DNA of 64,000 nt from NCBI RefSeq assembly GCF_003790525.1, contig NZ_CP033635.1; one strand, 5' to 3'. A model generated the notes under the pieces. The model saw only the letters and a program-made list of their open reading frames with translations. It did no database searches and was not told the DNA's origin. Source of the DNA: Escherichia coli. Its GTDB lineage: Bacteria; Pseudomonadota; Gammaproteobacteria; Enterobacterales; Enterobacteriaceae. Position 1 is the first letter of the stretch. Every line of letters starts with the position of its first letter. Below, piece after piece: positions 26,041 through 35,503 of the stretch. The position numbers were made by a program, and so were the translations under genes.

Positions 26041-26056
26041 ATTTCAGGGGTAACTC

Positions 26057-27250
26057 ATGCCACTTACTGTTCGACAAATTGAGTCGGCTAAACCTGCTGA
26101 CAAGGATTACAAACTTTCTGACGGTCAGGGCCTTTATCTTCTTGTCAAAAAATCCGGTGCCCGTTACTGGAATCTGAAGTACCGGTTTGCCGGTAAGGAA
26201 AAGAAACTGGTGATTGGTGTCTATCCTGACATATCACTGGCTCAGGCTCGTCAGAAGCGGGATGAAGCACGTAAACTTCTGGCTGAAGGTAAAGATCCGT
26301 CGTATGAAAAACAGGCGCGAAAACTTGCCATCAGGGAAAGTATGGCCTGCACATTTCGCACCATTGCAGAGGAGCTGCTTACTCATATGGCACGTCGATG
26401 GACAACAGGTTACCAGGCAGACCAGCGTGCAAGACTTGAAAATCATGTTTTCCCTGCTCTTGGAAACCGTCCTGTGACCGGGATCCGCCCCATGGAAATA
26501 CTGAACGTCCTGAGGACTATAGAAGAACAGGGAAAACTTGAAGCACTGCGTAAAACACGCCAGCTCTGTGCGCAGGTTTTTGATTATGCCATAGCAACAG
26601 GGCGTGCAACCGTTAATCCGGCATCGACACTCAGCGGGGTACTGCTTCCTCCTGAAAAACAACAGCGCAGGACGCTTTCTGAAGAACAGATAGGAGCTTT
26701 CATGTATCAGATAACGGCTTCCGGAAATCTGATGTCGCTGGCAACGCGGATGCTGGTTCTGACCGCTGTTCGCACCGGAGAACTGCGACTGGCAACCTGG
26801 GACGAAATTAATTTCACGGAGGCCCTGTGGGTTATTCCGAAAGAAAGAATGAAAATGCGACGACCGCACGTTGTGCCGCTTTCACGGCAGGTACTGGCGT
26901 TACTGGAGGAGATAAAAACACGCACTGAATCGCGTAATTCCGCCTTTATTATTCCTGGTGCATTCAGAAAAGATCTCCCGCGAAACCGCAAGTGTATCAA
27001 TGAATTCCTTGAGCAGTCAGGCTGGCATGCCCTGACAACAGCCCACGGATTTCGTCATACCTTCAGCACCATTCTCCATGACCATGATTTCAGCTCAGCC
27101 TGGATTGAACTCCAGCTTGCTCATGTTGATAAAAACGTCATGCGTGGCACTTATAACCATGCGCAATATCTGGATGGACGTCGTGAAATGATGCAGTGGT
27201 ACGCTGATTACATTGATTCACTTATGGAGAAAAACGTAAAAACGAAATAA
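26057..27250 (+). CDS. tyrosine site-specific integrase, phage P4 / CP4-57 IntA type
   Basis: 397-aa ORF with P4-integrase-like N-terminus and C-terminal catalytic HGFRHTF ... HxxR ... Y motifs. Confidence 0.9.
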   Translation: MPLTVRQIESAKPADKDYKLSDGQGLYLLVKKSGARYWNLKYRFAGKEKKLVIGVYPDISLAQARQKRDEARKLLAEGKDPSYEKQARKLAIRESMACTFRTIAEELLTHMARRWTTGYQADQRARLENHVFPALGNRPVTGIRPMEILNVLRTIEEQGKLEALRKTRQLCAQVFDYAIATGRATVNPASTLSGVLLPPEKQQRRTLSEEQIGAFMYQITASGNLMSLATRMLVLTAVRTGELRLATWDEINFTEALWVIPKERMKMRRPHVVPLSRQVLALLEEIKTRTESRNSAFIIPGAFRKDLPRNRKCINEFLEQSGWHALTTAHGFRHTFSTILHDHDFSSAWIELQLAHVDKNVMRGTYNHAQYLDGRREMMQWYADYIDSLMEKNVKTK

Positions 27251-27258
27251 GCCATCAC

Positions 27259-27308
27259 CCCCACCAACCACAGCGGTTGGTGGGGAGTTAACTACCATTT
27301 GTATTTTT
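27259..27308 (+). terminator. possible terminator after int
   Basis: 11-bp stem ccccaccaacc/ggttggtgggg with 5-nt loop; the T-run lies about 18 nt downstream, so it is non-canonical. Confidence 0.4.
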
Positions 27309-27616
27309 TGATTTCTGCCTTCAGGCGACATACTCAATATCATCTGATGAGCGAAGATACCCCACCCAAAATGATGGTAGCTTCACATCGTCATTTTCAT
27401 ATAGCAGCACACTGCTGTTCTGACCTCGTAGTCACATTTCTACAGCATCATTACCAGTCAGGCTGATTGCTCCTCATTGAAAGAATGAATCCATGACTAA
27501 CACAAAAATAGCTCTGGCCGGCTGTTACCGGTGTGAGAAGAAACTTGATACAAACTGCCGTGGGCTTTATTCTTGGAGAACTATAAGTTTTTCCAGATTT
27601 ACAACAGATTCAGCAT

Positions 27617-28672
27617 ATGAACAGATTACGCTTTGAAGTGAAGAATAATCAGGGCTGCTTCATTTTCCCGGAAACCTGGTATGAATCACTACTGGAGAAG
27701 TTTAACGAACTGCTTGACTCCTTTGACGAGGATGAGATCAGCGACAGGTCTTATATCAATGCCCTGAAGCGTATCACACAACAGGAACCGGATTTTATTG
27801 ATGCGTATGCATACATGGCATATGCCTTTCTGGAGCAGGAGACACCGCGAAAAGCGCTGAATATTGCACTCAAAGGACTGGCGGCAGGTAACCGACTGAT
27901 ACCTGAAGGTTTCACCGGTGAAATCAGCTGGTTACATCCGGAAAACAGGCCCTTTCTGAATGCCCTTTACGCCGCCATCCTCGCGAATGTGCACCTGCAG
28001 CATCATCAGAATGCTGTCATGCTCATTGATAAAATTCTGGCTTACAATCCTTCAGATAATCCGGGAGCACGCTGGTTACTGGGACCGGAACTGTTGCGTT
28101 CTGGTGACCATGAACGGGCTCTCTGTGTTCTCCGGCAGTATGCAGATGAATTTTCGCCTTACTGGTATGAGCTTGGTCTTCTGCATTTTATTAATGGAGA
28201 GCCGGTGAAGGCAGCGACAGCTTTCCGGCGCGGCTTTGCAGAAAATACTTATATCGCGGAGATTCTATGCGGAAATCTGTACCCCTTCCCGCTTGCCCTT
28301 TGGCATGATTATTCATCTGAGCCGGATACAGCCAGACAGTATTATGAAACATTCTGCCCGTTATGGGGAAAATATCCCGAGGCATTGTTATTTGTTAACT
28401 GGCTCTACAACCAGTCTGGCGTACTGAGCGAACGGGCTGAATTCATGAAGTGTGCTGAAATGCTGTTAAGGGCAGATGATCAGGAAATGAATGAAAGCAT
28501 TTTTCAGCAGCGGGAGCTCTTACGGGAAAGAATTGATGATCGTCTTTCTGAGGAAATCGTTCAGAAATTACGGACATTGAACGGGGAGGAGATCTGGCCC
28601 TGGATGTTACCGTTTTCCGGAGAACTGATCCCCGCAGACATTTGCTTTCAGAACAGTCTGAAATATCAGTAA
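27617..28672 (+). CDS. hypothetical protein, TPR-like helical repeats by eye
   Basis: 351-aa ORF; repeated A/L/Y-rich helical segments; no family recognised. Confidence 0.6.
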   Translation: MNRLRFEVKNNQGCFIFPETWYESLLEKFNELLDSFDEDEISDRSYINALKRITQQEPDFIDAYAYMAYAFLEQETPRKALNIALKGLAAGNRLIPEGFTGEISWLHPENRPFLNALYAAILANVHLQHHQNAVMLIDKILAYNPSDNPGARWLLGPELLRSGDHERALCVLRQYADEFSPYWYELGLLHFINGEPVKAATAFRRGFAENTYIAEILCGNLYPFPLALWHDYSSEPDTARQYYETFCPLWGKYPEALLFVNWLYNQSGVLSERAEFMKCAEMLLRADDQEMNESIFQQRELLRERIDDRLSEEIVQKLRTLNGEEIWPWMLPFSGELIPADICFQNSLKYQ

Positions 28673-28773
28673 TATCTGCACCAGGATGCCATTCCGGGGT
28701 CAGTAAGGATCTTCCCCCTGACCTGGACAAATGTAATGAAACTCAGCTAAGCCCCAGAAGAGCAGGCATATAG

Positions 28774-29154
28774 TCAACCGAGGTCGCTGCAATAAACCAT
28801 CGCGCTTTGATTCCCCCGATGAAGAGGTGACTGGCAGCGACTTCCTGAGCGACGACTTGTCTTTCCATCAATAGCGACTACCTGAGAAGATAAAACAGGA
28901 AGGACTTCTGAACCCCATCGCCGGAACGCAGCTTCAAACTGCTCAGGGACAATCAGCCCAAAAAGACGGGCGAATGTATCATGGGAAGGTATGCCATTTT
29001 TTAGAGGTAAAAAACTGGCGGAGCCACTCAATGCGTTGCCTGCCCAGAGCTCAATTTCCTGAAAATTATCCGCACCGACCAGCACACCACAAACGGCAAT
29101 GGTCAATGTATCAACCAGAGTGTGCCTGACTTGTCCAGGGCTGACAGGGATCAT
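28774..29154 (-). pseudogene. ISAs1-family (H-repeat type) transposase N-terminal fragment
   Basis: DTLTIAVCGVLVGADNFQEIELWAGN...GIPSHDTFARLF...VAIDGKT resembles the N-terminus of ISAs1/YhhI-type transposases; only ~126 codons, C-terminal DDE region absent. Confidence 0.6.
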
Positions 29155-29299
29155 GTATTGAGATGAATATATCGGTAACCGGCGGTATATGAGACATAAT
29201 ATATCCCTTTGATAAAAAAGGTTATGTTGACATATTTATCCTGCATGTCACGTATCATTATTTTTCATGCGATTGCCCTGCGGTTACCACCGCTCACAG

Positions 29300-29404
29300 T
29301 TAGTAAAGGACTGGGCGGAAGTGGTCAATATAAGGTTGCATTACCTTCCTCCTTATAGTCCGAATCTGAATCCGATTGAACGGATGTGGAAAAATGCTGC
29401 TTAA
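29300..29404 (+). pseudogene. IS630-family transposase C-terminal remnant
   Basis: Reading frame ending ...YLPPYSPNLNPIERMWKNAA* matches the conserved DDE-proximal YSP(D/E)LNPIE motif of IS630/Tc1 transposases; no upstream ORF. Confidence 0.55.
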
Positions 29405-29716
29405 TAGTATTGATGTTCATCTTTATGCCTCTAAAAGAAAGCATAAGATCACAACAGGCTCAGCAGGTCAATCACTCTATTTTTGTTCAAAAAACGTTCA
29501 TGATCTTGCCCTACCCAATTTTGTGGGTAAGGATATGCGATGAAATTCTCCTTGCAGTTTAATACAACCTTTCCATATTAAGCGGCAGTATTACCTGCCA
29601 GTCAGGATAATTTTACACCTAATGTTAGTTAAAATTTGTGCAACTTGAAACAATAATACTACAGTATCCACTATCGTCAGCACACCTCAAATACTATTTT
29701 TTATGAAACGTTTATT

Positions 29717-30373
29717 TTATAAATCATTATCAATCAAACTCAGGAATGTATCTCTGGCATAATTACCAACGATGTTGGTTGTTATCGCATCAAGACTACC
29801 ACCAACGATTCCTCCTACAACAGGAACAAACTTTGACATATTAATAACACCAGTAGCACCTGTTTTTGTAAGCAGTCTGAAACCGACTGCCTTATTTATC
29901 TTTACAATAATATCTTTACTAATACATCTAATTGCATTTGTTGTCAACTTTTGTCCTATCTGAATTCCTGCTTCCTTCAAAATATCTTTCGCAGCATTAC
30001 CTACAAGACAGGTATAAACAATAGTTCTGACTTTATCATCACGAATATCCTGGCCACACATGATCGCAATAGATGCAACCATCCTGACCTGAATGAAAAG
30101 GACACTTGAAATATTGGTCGGTATAGTTACTGGTAATGTAATAATTCCTCCAAGACCAGTAAGAAAACCTGATGTGGCTGACTTGGTATTTTGCCATCGA
30201 ATAAGGCTATTTATCTGTTCTTTTAAACTACTACCCGTTTTCAGATAACTTTCCGCAAGACTATGTGCCGTATCAATTCCTGGGATACCAATACCATCGA
30301 TGGATTTTTCATAAGCGTAATCCAGAAATTTTATGATTTTTGATGGCGTGAGAATATTTTCATTATCAGTCAT
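29717..30373 (-). CDS. hypothetical protein, possibly EcsC-family; glycine-rich hydrophobic segments
   Basis: ORF trimmed to first internal ATG (MTDNENIL); motifs TSGFLTGLGGIITLPVTIP and VPVVGGIVGG; AT-rich by eye; family assignment from memory only. Confidence 0.55.
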   Translation of the reverse strand: MTDNENILTPSKIIKFLDYAYEKSIDGIGIPGIDTAHSLAESYLKTGSSLKEQINSLIRWQNTKSATSGFLTGLGGIITLPVTIPTNISSVLFIQVRMVASIAIMCGQDIRDDKVRTIVYTCLVGNAAKDILKEAGIQIGQKLTTNAIRCISKDIIVKINKAVGFRLLTKTGATGVINMSKFVPVVGGIVGGSLDAITTNIVGNYARDTFLSLIDNDL

Positions 30374-30464
30374 ACAACAAAACACCTAAAAATTTCACGA
30401 TCACTTTCTAAAAACTATCTCCGACAGATATCGGAACACCAGTATTATCACCAATTAAATAATA

Positions 30465-30656
30465 TTATTTTTTGAGAAACAATTGTATTGCTCTGGCAAA
30501 AAGATTTTCTGTAATTGTAGCCTTACGTTTATAAATAACTTTCTCTCCACACACAGGACATTCATAAAATCCTGCTGTACAATTCATATGAATAATAGTT
30601 TTACTCCATTGACAATTTGTACAGATAAATGTAATGGGTGGACAGGGAAAAATCAT
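30465..30656 (-). CDS. small zinc-ribbon protein (two Cys pairs)
   Basis: ORF trimmed to internal ATG (MIFPCPPITFICTNCQ...ECPVCGEK); CxxC-type pairs; sits between the 117-aa and EcsC-like genes on the same strand. Confidence 0.45.
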   Translation of the reverse strand: MIFPCPPITFICTNCQWSKTIIHMNCTAGFYECPVCGEKVIYKRKATITENLFARAIQLFLKK

Positions 30657-30746
30657 TGGCTCACACTCTCGATATATAAATAACACTTACAGGGACATGT
30701 AAATATTTTCGATTTATCCCTATAAAAATAACTTCACCTCCAGTAA

Positions 30747-31100
30747 TCAATTCAGTTCTGTAAGACGATCGATTATTTTACGTAGTTCATCTGCAGAATC
30801 ACATGTATCCAGTGAAATTTTTATTCTAAAATTCTTTAACCAATTAGCAGCCTCCTGATCTTCACGCCATAAACGCTCCCCGCTCCAATCCCCCCTAAAA
30901 CATAGAGCAGCAATAGCCAATCCTCTGCATGCTGGCCGATTATGCTCAGATGTATTATTTTGGTTATAAAAATCGTTAATTCTTTCTACCGGAGATGATT
31001 TTATTTTATCCCACACATTGAAATTAGCTTTTTTCATCGTTTCAGCAGCAGCATTAGAAGCAAGCTTACCGAATCCCATTATAGCATCCCAAAATCCCAT
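30747..31100 (-). CDS. hypothetical protein (117 aa)
   Basis: ATG start with AAGGTG RBS; no recognisable family; AT-rich. Confidence 0.5.
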   Translation of the reverse strand: MGFWDAIMGFGKLASNAAAETMKKANFNVWDKIKSSPVERINDFYNQNNTSEHNRPACRGLAIAALCFRGDWSGERLWREDQEAANWLKNFRIKISLDTCDSADELRKIIDRLTELN

Positions 31101-31312
31101 ATATCACCTTATGCTATATAATATCTAAATGAGTATCTAATCTTTTAGAACCACTATTTGGACAATGGTTTTACGCCACTTACATCTGGTACAAATGAAT
31201 GTAACCGGGGGCTGAGGAAGTGCCATGAAGGTACGTGTCTGTTGTATTAAACTATCAAATCAGACCACACGCTGCGATTTTGAATTTAACAACGTGTAGT
31301 CAGATATTACAT

Positions 31313-32062
31313 TCAGAAGCTGTATGTAGCACCTAACGTAAATTCGTTACTTCTGACATCAACAGAGGATTTATATGTATCCTGCCCGTCTTCATACGTC
31401 AGGGTTGAATCACCTGCATCAAGATAGCGATAAGCAAGGTCAAGACTGAAATCCGGGGTGACCTCATATTTCACGCCAACACCAAGGCTCCATGCGAAAT
31501 TGTTATCATATCCCGAGTAATGTAATGAAGAAGCATCACTTACTTCACCTGATTTATTCCAGGAGGTATCGGTGTATGTTGCCTTATGATGTACCCGCGC
31601 ATAACCCAGTCCGGCTGATACCCACGGAGTGAAAGCACTGCTGTTTCTGAAATCATAATACGTGTTCACCATCAGGGTATTCACGCTGAGCCTGTTTTGT
31701 GTGTCTTCCTTCCAACCATTATCTCCAGACGGGGACTCCCATGTATCCAGTGGATAGCGGGAATTCGCAGAGCCGCGACCATAGAATTCAACTTCCGTGC
31801 GTACAGGGACATTGTAGTGCTGATAAAAGTCGTATCCCACCGCAAGGCCAGCACCAAAAACCGTATCGCTCTTGTCACCGCCTTTATACTTATAAACATC
31901 ATCCCCAAAGTCCTGACTAAAGCGCTGATTATCCTGAGTGATAACAGATGCACCAGCCTTACCCGTGATATAGAAACCGGTTTTATCCGCATCTGCCAGC
32001 GTCAGCGTTGAAAACGTACCGGTAAGCGCAGCTACCGCAGTGAGTGCCAGTAACTTTTTCAC
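31313..32062 (-). CDS. outer-membrane beta-barrel protein, OmpA/opacity-like; possibly Hra/Tia/Hek adhesin-invasin family
   Basis: Signal peptide MKKLLALTAVAALTGTFSTLTLA, alternating amphipathic strands, C-terminal ...GATYSF with terminal aromatic; GTG start; ~249 aa as for Tia/Hek-type proteins. Confidence 0.6.
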   Translation of the reverse strand: MKKLLALTAVAALTGTFSTLTLADADKTGFYITGKAGASVITQDNQRFSQDFGDDVYKYKGGDKSDTVFGAGLAVGYDFYQHYNVPVRTEVEFYGRGSANSRYPLDTWESPSGDNGWKEDTQNRLSVNTLMVNTYYDFRNSSAFTPWVSAGLGYARVHHKATYTDTSWNKSGEVSDASSLHYSGYDNNFAWSLGVGVKYEVTPDFSLDLAYRYLDAGDSTLTYEDGQDTYKSSVDVRSNEFTLGATYSF

Positions 32063-32377
32063 AATCCACCTCTCCTGATGTTTCCTTCAGACATATGAAT
32101 TTGTCCAATTTTAAGACGGATTTCTCATTGGTAAAATGAATTGTACAGATCGTATCGATCGACAAAGTCGATCGTTAAGCAGAAAAAAGATTTATCGTCA
32201 GCGAAGATTTGTTTATGGAAATGACTGAAAAAACGGGTTAAAAAACAGACTGTTCTGTCCATGTGAAACGGGAAGTGACGGGATAAGACGTTATGTGAGG
32301 ATTGTTACGGGAAATGCTGTTTTACGTTGTTAAAATGTAACTCCGCAATGAAACTATCCCCTGTGGAGGTCCTGTAA

Positions 32378-32731
32378 ATGAACAAAGCACTCTCTTCCAT
32401 TCTGCTCATCTTCGGTATCTGTGCATCATCACTGGCCGCTGAAAAAAACAGAACCGTCAGTTTTCCACGATGTGAAGTACAGGAAGCATCAGCTGTTGCA
32501 GCCAGCGTCAAACGGGACTATCTCCAGAAACAGGTATTTCAGTGGAAAGATGATCAGGAAATTCTCGGTCAGCAGCGTCCCGTTGTCTGGGTGAATCTTC
32601 GTGAGCCGGTAAATAAAGGTGATAATGTCATCACAGTGCATCTCACTGCCCGTGGAAAGAAAGCAGATATTCAGTATCGTGTGCGCGTTGACTGTAAGAA
32701 CGGAAGTGCTACCTGGCAACGCCAGGGATGA
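32378..32731 (+). CDS. small secreted hypothetical protein
   Basis: 117-aa ORF with N-terminal signal peptide (ILLIFGICASSLAA). Confidence 0.45.
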   Translation: MNKALSSILLIFGICASSLAAEKNRTVSFPRCEVQEASAVAASVKRDYLQKQVFQWKDDQEILGQQRPVVWVNLREPVNKGDNVITVHLTARGKKADIQYRVRVDCKNGSATWQRQG

Positions 32732-32777
32732 ACGGGTGAAGTTGAATACAGAGCCCGAACGAACGGGCTCTCCATAC

Positions 32778-33350
32778 TCATCGTATATAACTGAATGCGG
32801 TGATGACGTGTTTCACCCCCGCCACGCGACTGGCGATATCAGCAGCAGCCTGTCCTTCCTTCTCTGTAACTCTCCCCATAAGAAAGACTTCACCATTCTC
32901 CGTCAGTACCTTTACATCTGACAGTTTCACCCTGCTGCTCTTCAGTAACTGTGCCCGGATTTTTGTGGTCAGCCACGCATCAGTAGCTGTTTTATCAGCC
33001 CGAAGTGGTTTTCCCGTCCTTATTTCATTCCATACCTGCACAGTCCCCTCAACACCATCTGCAATCTGACGGGCTTTTTCACCTGCACTACGGTCTGGTG
33101 CCTGCCCTGTCAGCAGTACAGTGCCCTGGTATGCTGTGACGATGATTCGCGCATCCCCCCTGAGTTGTGAGTCCTTCGACAGCGCACGGCTGACCCTTGC
33201 TTCCAGAATTTCATCATCAATCTGCGTTCCCGCACTTCGGGGGTCCACTGACACTTTAGTACCCACAGCAGCCGTACCGACCAGCGCAGCGGCAACACAA
33301 CCCTGTAACAGCAACAGAGTCGAAAGAAAAGGCAGAAACCAGCGTTGCAT
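32778..33350 (-). CDS. BON-domain lipoprotein, DolP (YraP) paralog
   Basis: Trimmed to MQRWFLPFLSTLLLLQGC lipobox start with GGAGG RBS; sequence closely parallels DolP/YraP (two BON domains, ...ASRVAGVKHVITAFSYIR). Confidence 0.75.
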   Translation of the reverse strand: MQRWFLPFLSTLLLLQGCVAAALVGTAAVGTKVSVDPRSAGTQIDDEILEARVSRALSKDSQLRGDARIIVTAYQGTVLLTGQAPDRSAGEKARQIADGVEGTVQVWNEIRTGKPLRADKTATDAWLTTKIRAQLLKSSRVKLSDVKVLTENGEVFLMGRVTEKEGQAAADIASRVAGVKHVITAFSYIR

Positions 33351-33673
33351 GGCAGAATCCTCCACGGTCTGATATCCGGAATTTCGCAGTATGACGGCAG
33401 GAATCAGCCATCACAGATACCACAAGCTTCAGAGAGTAACGAAAACGTTAAAGGAAACGGAAGTGCCTGAATGTAAAGAACGGGGAACCACACAGGGTAT
33501 GGACAAACATAATAACAATAACAGGATGAAAATATTGAATAAAAAATAAAAACCGAGACATCATCATTTGCAGTAATAGCCACCTCCTTACCGAAAAGTG
33601 TGAGTTGCCGGACATTTTTTAAACGCATGATAAGGTCTGATGATACAGTCACCCTGCAACCAGGAGGTACATC

Positions 33674-33967
33674 ATGCGTATACGTGTTTTTGGTTACCGG
33701 CACTGCCCTTCAGTCCATCGCATCATGCATCACGCAACGCGAATCCCCGATGAAATGGAACCGGATGTTGTGTTTATTGATGTCGCGAAGCACAGTGTGA
33801 CGCTGCGGGATATGGCTGACCGTGCAGGCTGCCCGGTGGATAACTTCCCGTGTGTGTTTGTTGATGATGTCTATCTGGAGCCCCTCCACCAGAACCGGGC
33901 AAACCGCACTTTACATACTGCTGAATATTTATTACCGGATATGGACAATCGCTTTCATTCGGGATAA
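33674..33967 (+). CDS. hypothetical protein, possibly thioredoxin-fold / glutaredoxin-like
   Basis: 97-aa ORF with strong AGGAGG RBS; MRIRVFGYRHCPSV... layout resembles a glutaredoxin-type N-terminus with single Cys; weak. Confidence 0.4.
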   Translation: MRIRVFGYRHCPSVHRIMHHATRIPDEMEPDVVFIDVAKHSVTLRDMADRAGCPVDNFPCVFVDDVYLEPLHQNRANRTLHTAEYLLPDMDNRFHSG

Positions 33968-34091
33968 AAAATACTGCGCGTTCCTGGTTTATTTTGCGTT
34001 GCTGTCATGACGTGTTTGCCTTCATTGCCGGGATCGCGCACTTTTTGTTATAACTCCCCGGAGGACACTGTCTGTAATCAGATGGAAACCT

Positions 34092-34526
34092 TTATCTCAG
34101 TGATGTCCTGGTTAATACAGAATACTGCCCCGGACCAAGTAACATAATGGCAATCCCCCCCATGAAATACAGCATTTCATTTTCAAGCCCCCACGCCCCT
34201 ACTTCAGTCAGTGTGAAAAACTTCCCTGTTCCGACCAGAAGCGTGGCAACAATCAGTGTCAGCGCATAAATCAGAGCAGCAGGTCTGGTAAATATCCCAA
34301 GAATGATAAGTACCGGAGCCACGATTTCACCAATATACACACCATAGGCAATAAATCCTGGCAAACCAGCATCCTGCAACATTGATATAATCCAGTTGAC
34401 ACCGTGCTCTATTTTGGCCACACCATGGAACAGCATCAATATACCAAATGTCAGTCTCAGCAACAGAAGACCTGTATCCGGGTAGTCTGTCAGTCTGGTA
34501 AAGAACATATTTATTCTTGCTGGCAT
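34092..34526 (-). CDS. DoxX-family inner membrane protein
   Basis: 144-aa ORF, 4 hydrophobic helices, DoxX-like pattern. Confidence 0.65.
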   Translation of the reverse strand: MPARINMFFTRLTDYPDTGLLLLRLTFGILMLFHGVAKIEHGVNWIISMLQDAGLPGFIAYGVYIGEIVAPVLIILGIFTRPAALIYALTLIVATLLVGTGKFFTLTEVGAWGLENEMLYFMGGIAIMLLGPGQYSVLTRTSLR

Positions 34527-35126
34527 AAAAAACCTCGTTAAACGATAACAGATAATGAAGAAACTATTATCGTTGAGTCGACACCATCAATTGACCAGAT
34601 ATTTCTGACATTCATAATCAAAAAATTTGACAAAACTGTAAACGTTCGCTTTTTATACCAACACAGAATCCACTCAGTCACACAACCTGTATGCGTCATT
34701 TCCTGCTGTTATTTAAAAAATTTCTCACGTAACAGACATTTCAAAAAAACACTAAAAAATACCAGAACAATTAAGATAATATTACGATCAAATAAGTAAA
34801 AGTCTTTTGTCTGTTATTTTTATTTTCTGTGATTACTGTCATTCTTTCACCACTTTAATTAACATCGCATAATAATCCGGGAGGTGGATAAGATATGAAA
34901 ATTAACTATCCTTTACTGGCGCTGGCGTTGAATTATTACCTGTAGAGCTCACTCCGGATGAGCAGAAAGAACCGATGGTGGCTCTTACTCCACTTTTATC
35001 CACTCCTTCACACAGCACTGTCAGTGCAGGTGCCTGAAAGATCTCGTTCCGTCACGGTAAAATGACGCTGGAAAATTCTTCACCAGAACTGCTCACTGTG
35101 TTAATTCGTGAACTGACCTGGGGGGA

Positions 35127-35285
35127 ATGCGTGGTACCCTGCTGTACGGACTAATCGGAACCTGTCGGTTGAACGGTATCGATCCGGAAGCGTATCTGCG
35201 CCATATCCTGAACGTTCTACCGGAATGGCCTTCCTGCATGGTTGATGAACTCCTGCCATGGAATATGGTGCTCCCATTGGGGTAA
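35127..35285 (+). pseudogene. IS66-family transposase C-terminal remnant
   Basis: MRGTLLYGLIGTCRLNGIDPEAYLRHILNVLPEWPSCMVDELLPWN matches the conserved C-terminal tail of IS66-family TnpC; upstream frames are disrupted. Confidence 0.6.
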
Positions 35286-35411
35286 GCGTCAATACGGCGT
35301 TCGCTTAACTTAACACTTACTTTCAAAGCCTGATATCTGTCCTACGCTTTTCCTCAATACCACATCGCCAGCAGGAAACAACCTAATGCCTGTGTTGGGG
35401 TCTGAATTACT

Positions 35412-35430
35412 AATGATAATCATTTGCATT
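35412..35430. promoter_or_regulatory. Fur box upstream of the sitA-like gene
   Basis: AATGATAATCATTTGCATT, close to the Fur consensus GATAATGATAATCATTATC. Confidence 0.65.
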
Positions 35431-35433
35431 GTG

Positions 35434-35471
35434 TATAGCTTATGCTATAAAACATAGCCGTTGCTATGTTT
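35434..35471. promoter_or_regulatory. tandem MntR operators upstream of the sitA-like gene
   Basis: AAACATAGC-cgtt-GCTATGTTT, a perfect match to the MntR box architecture, preceded by TATAGC-ttat-GCTATA. Confidence 0.7.
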
Positions 35472-35503
35472 GTTCTAATTTTACTCACTATAGGTACTGA
35501 ATT

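Noticed and set aside
25840-26056. tRNA or tmRNA gene at the island junction as integration target
   Set aside because: No cloverleaf-compatible sequence or CCA-adjacent acceptor stem at either junction; the target looks like an intergenic palindromic site.
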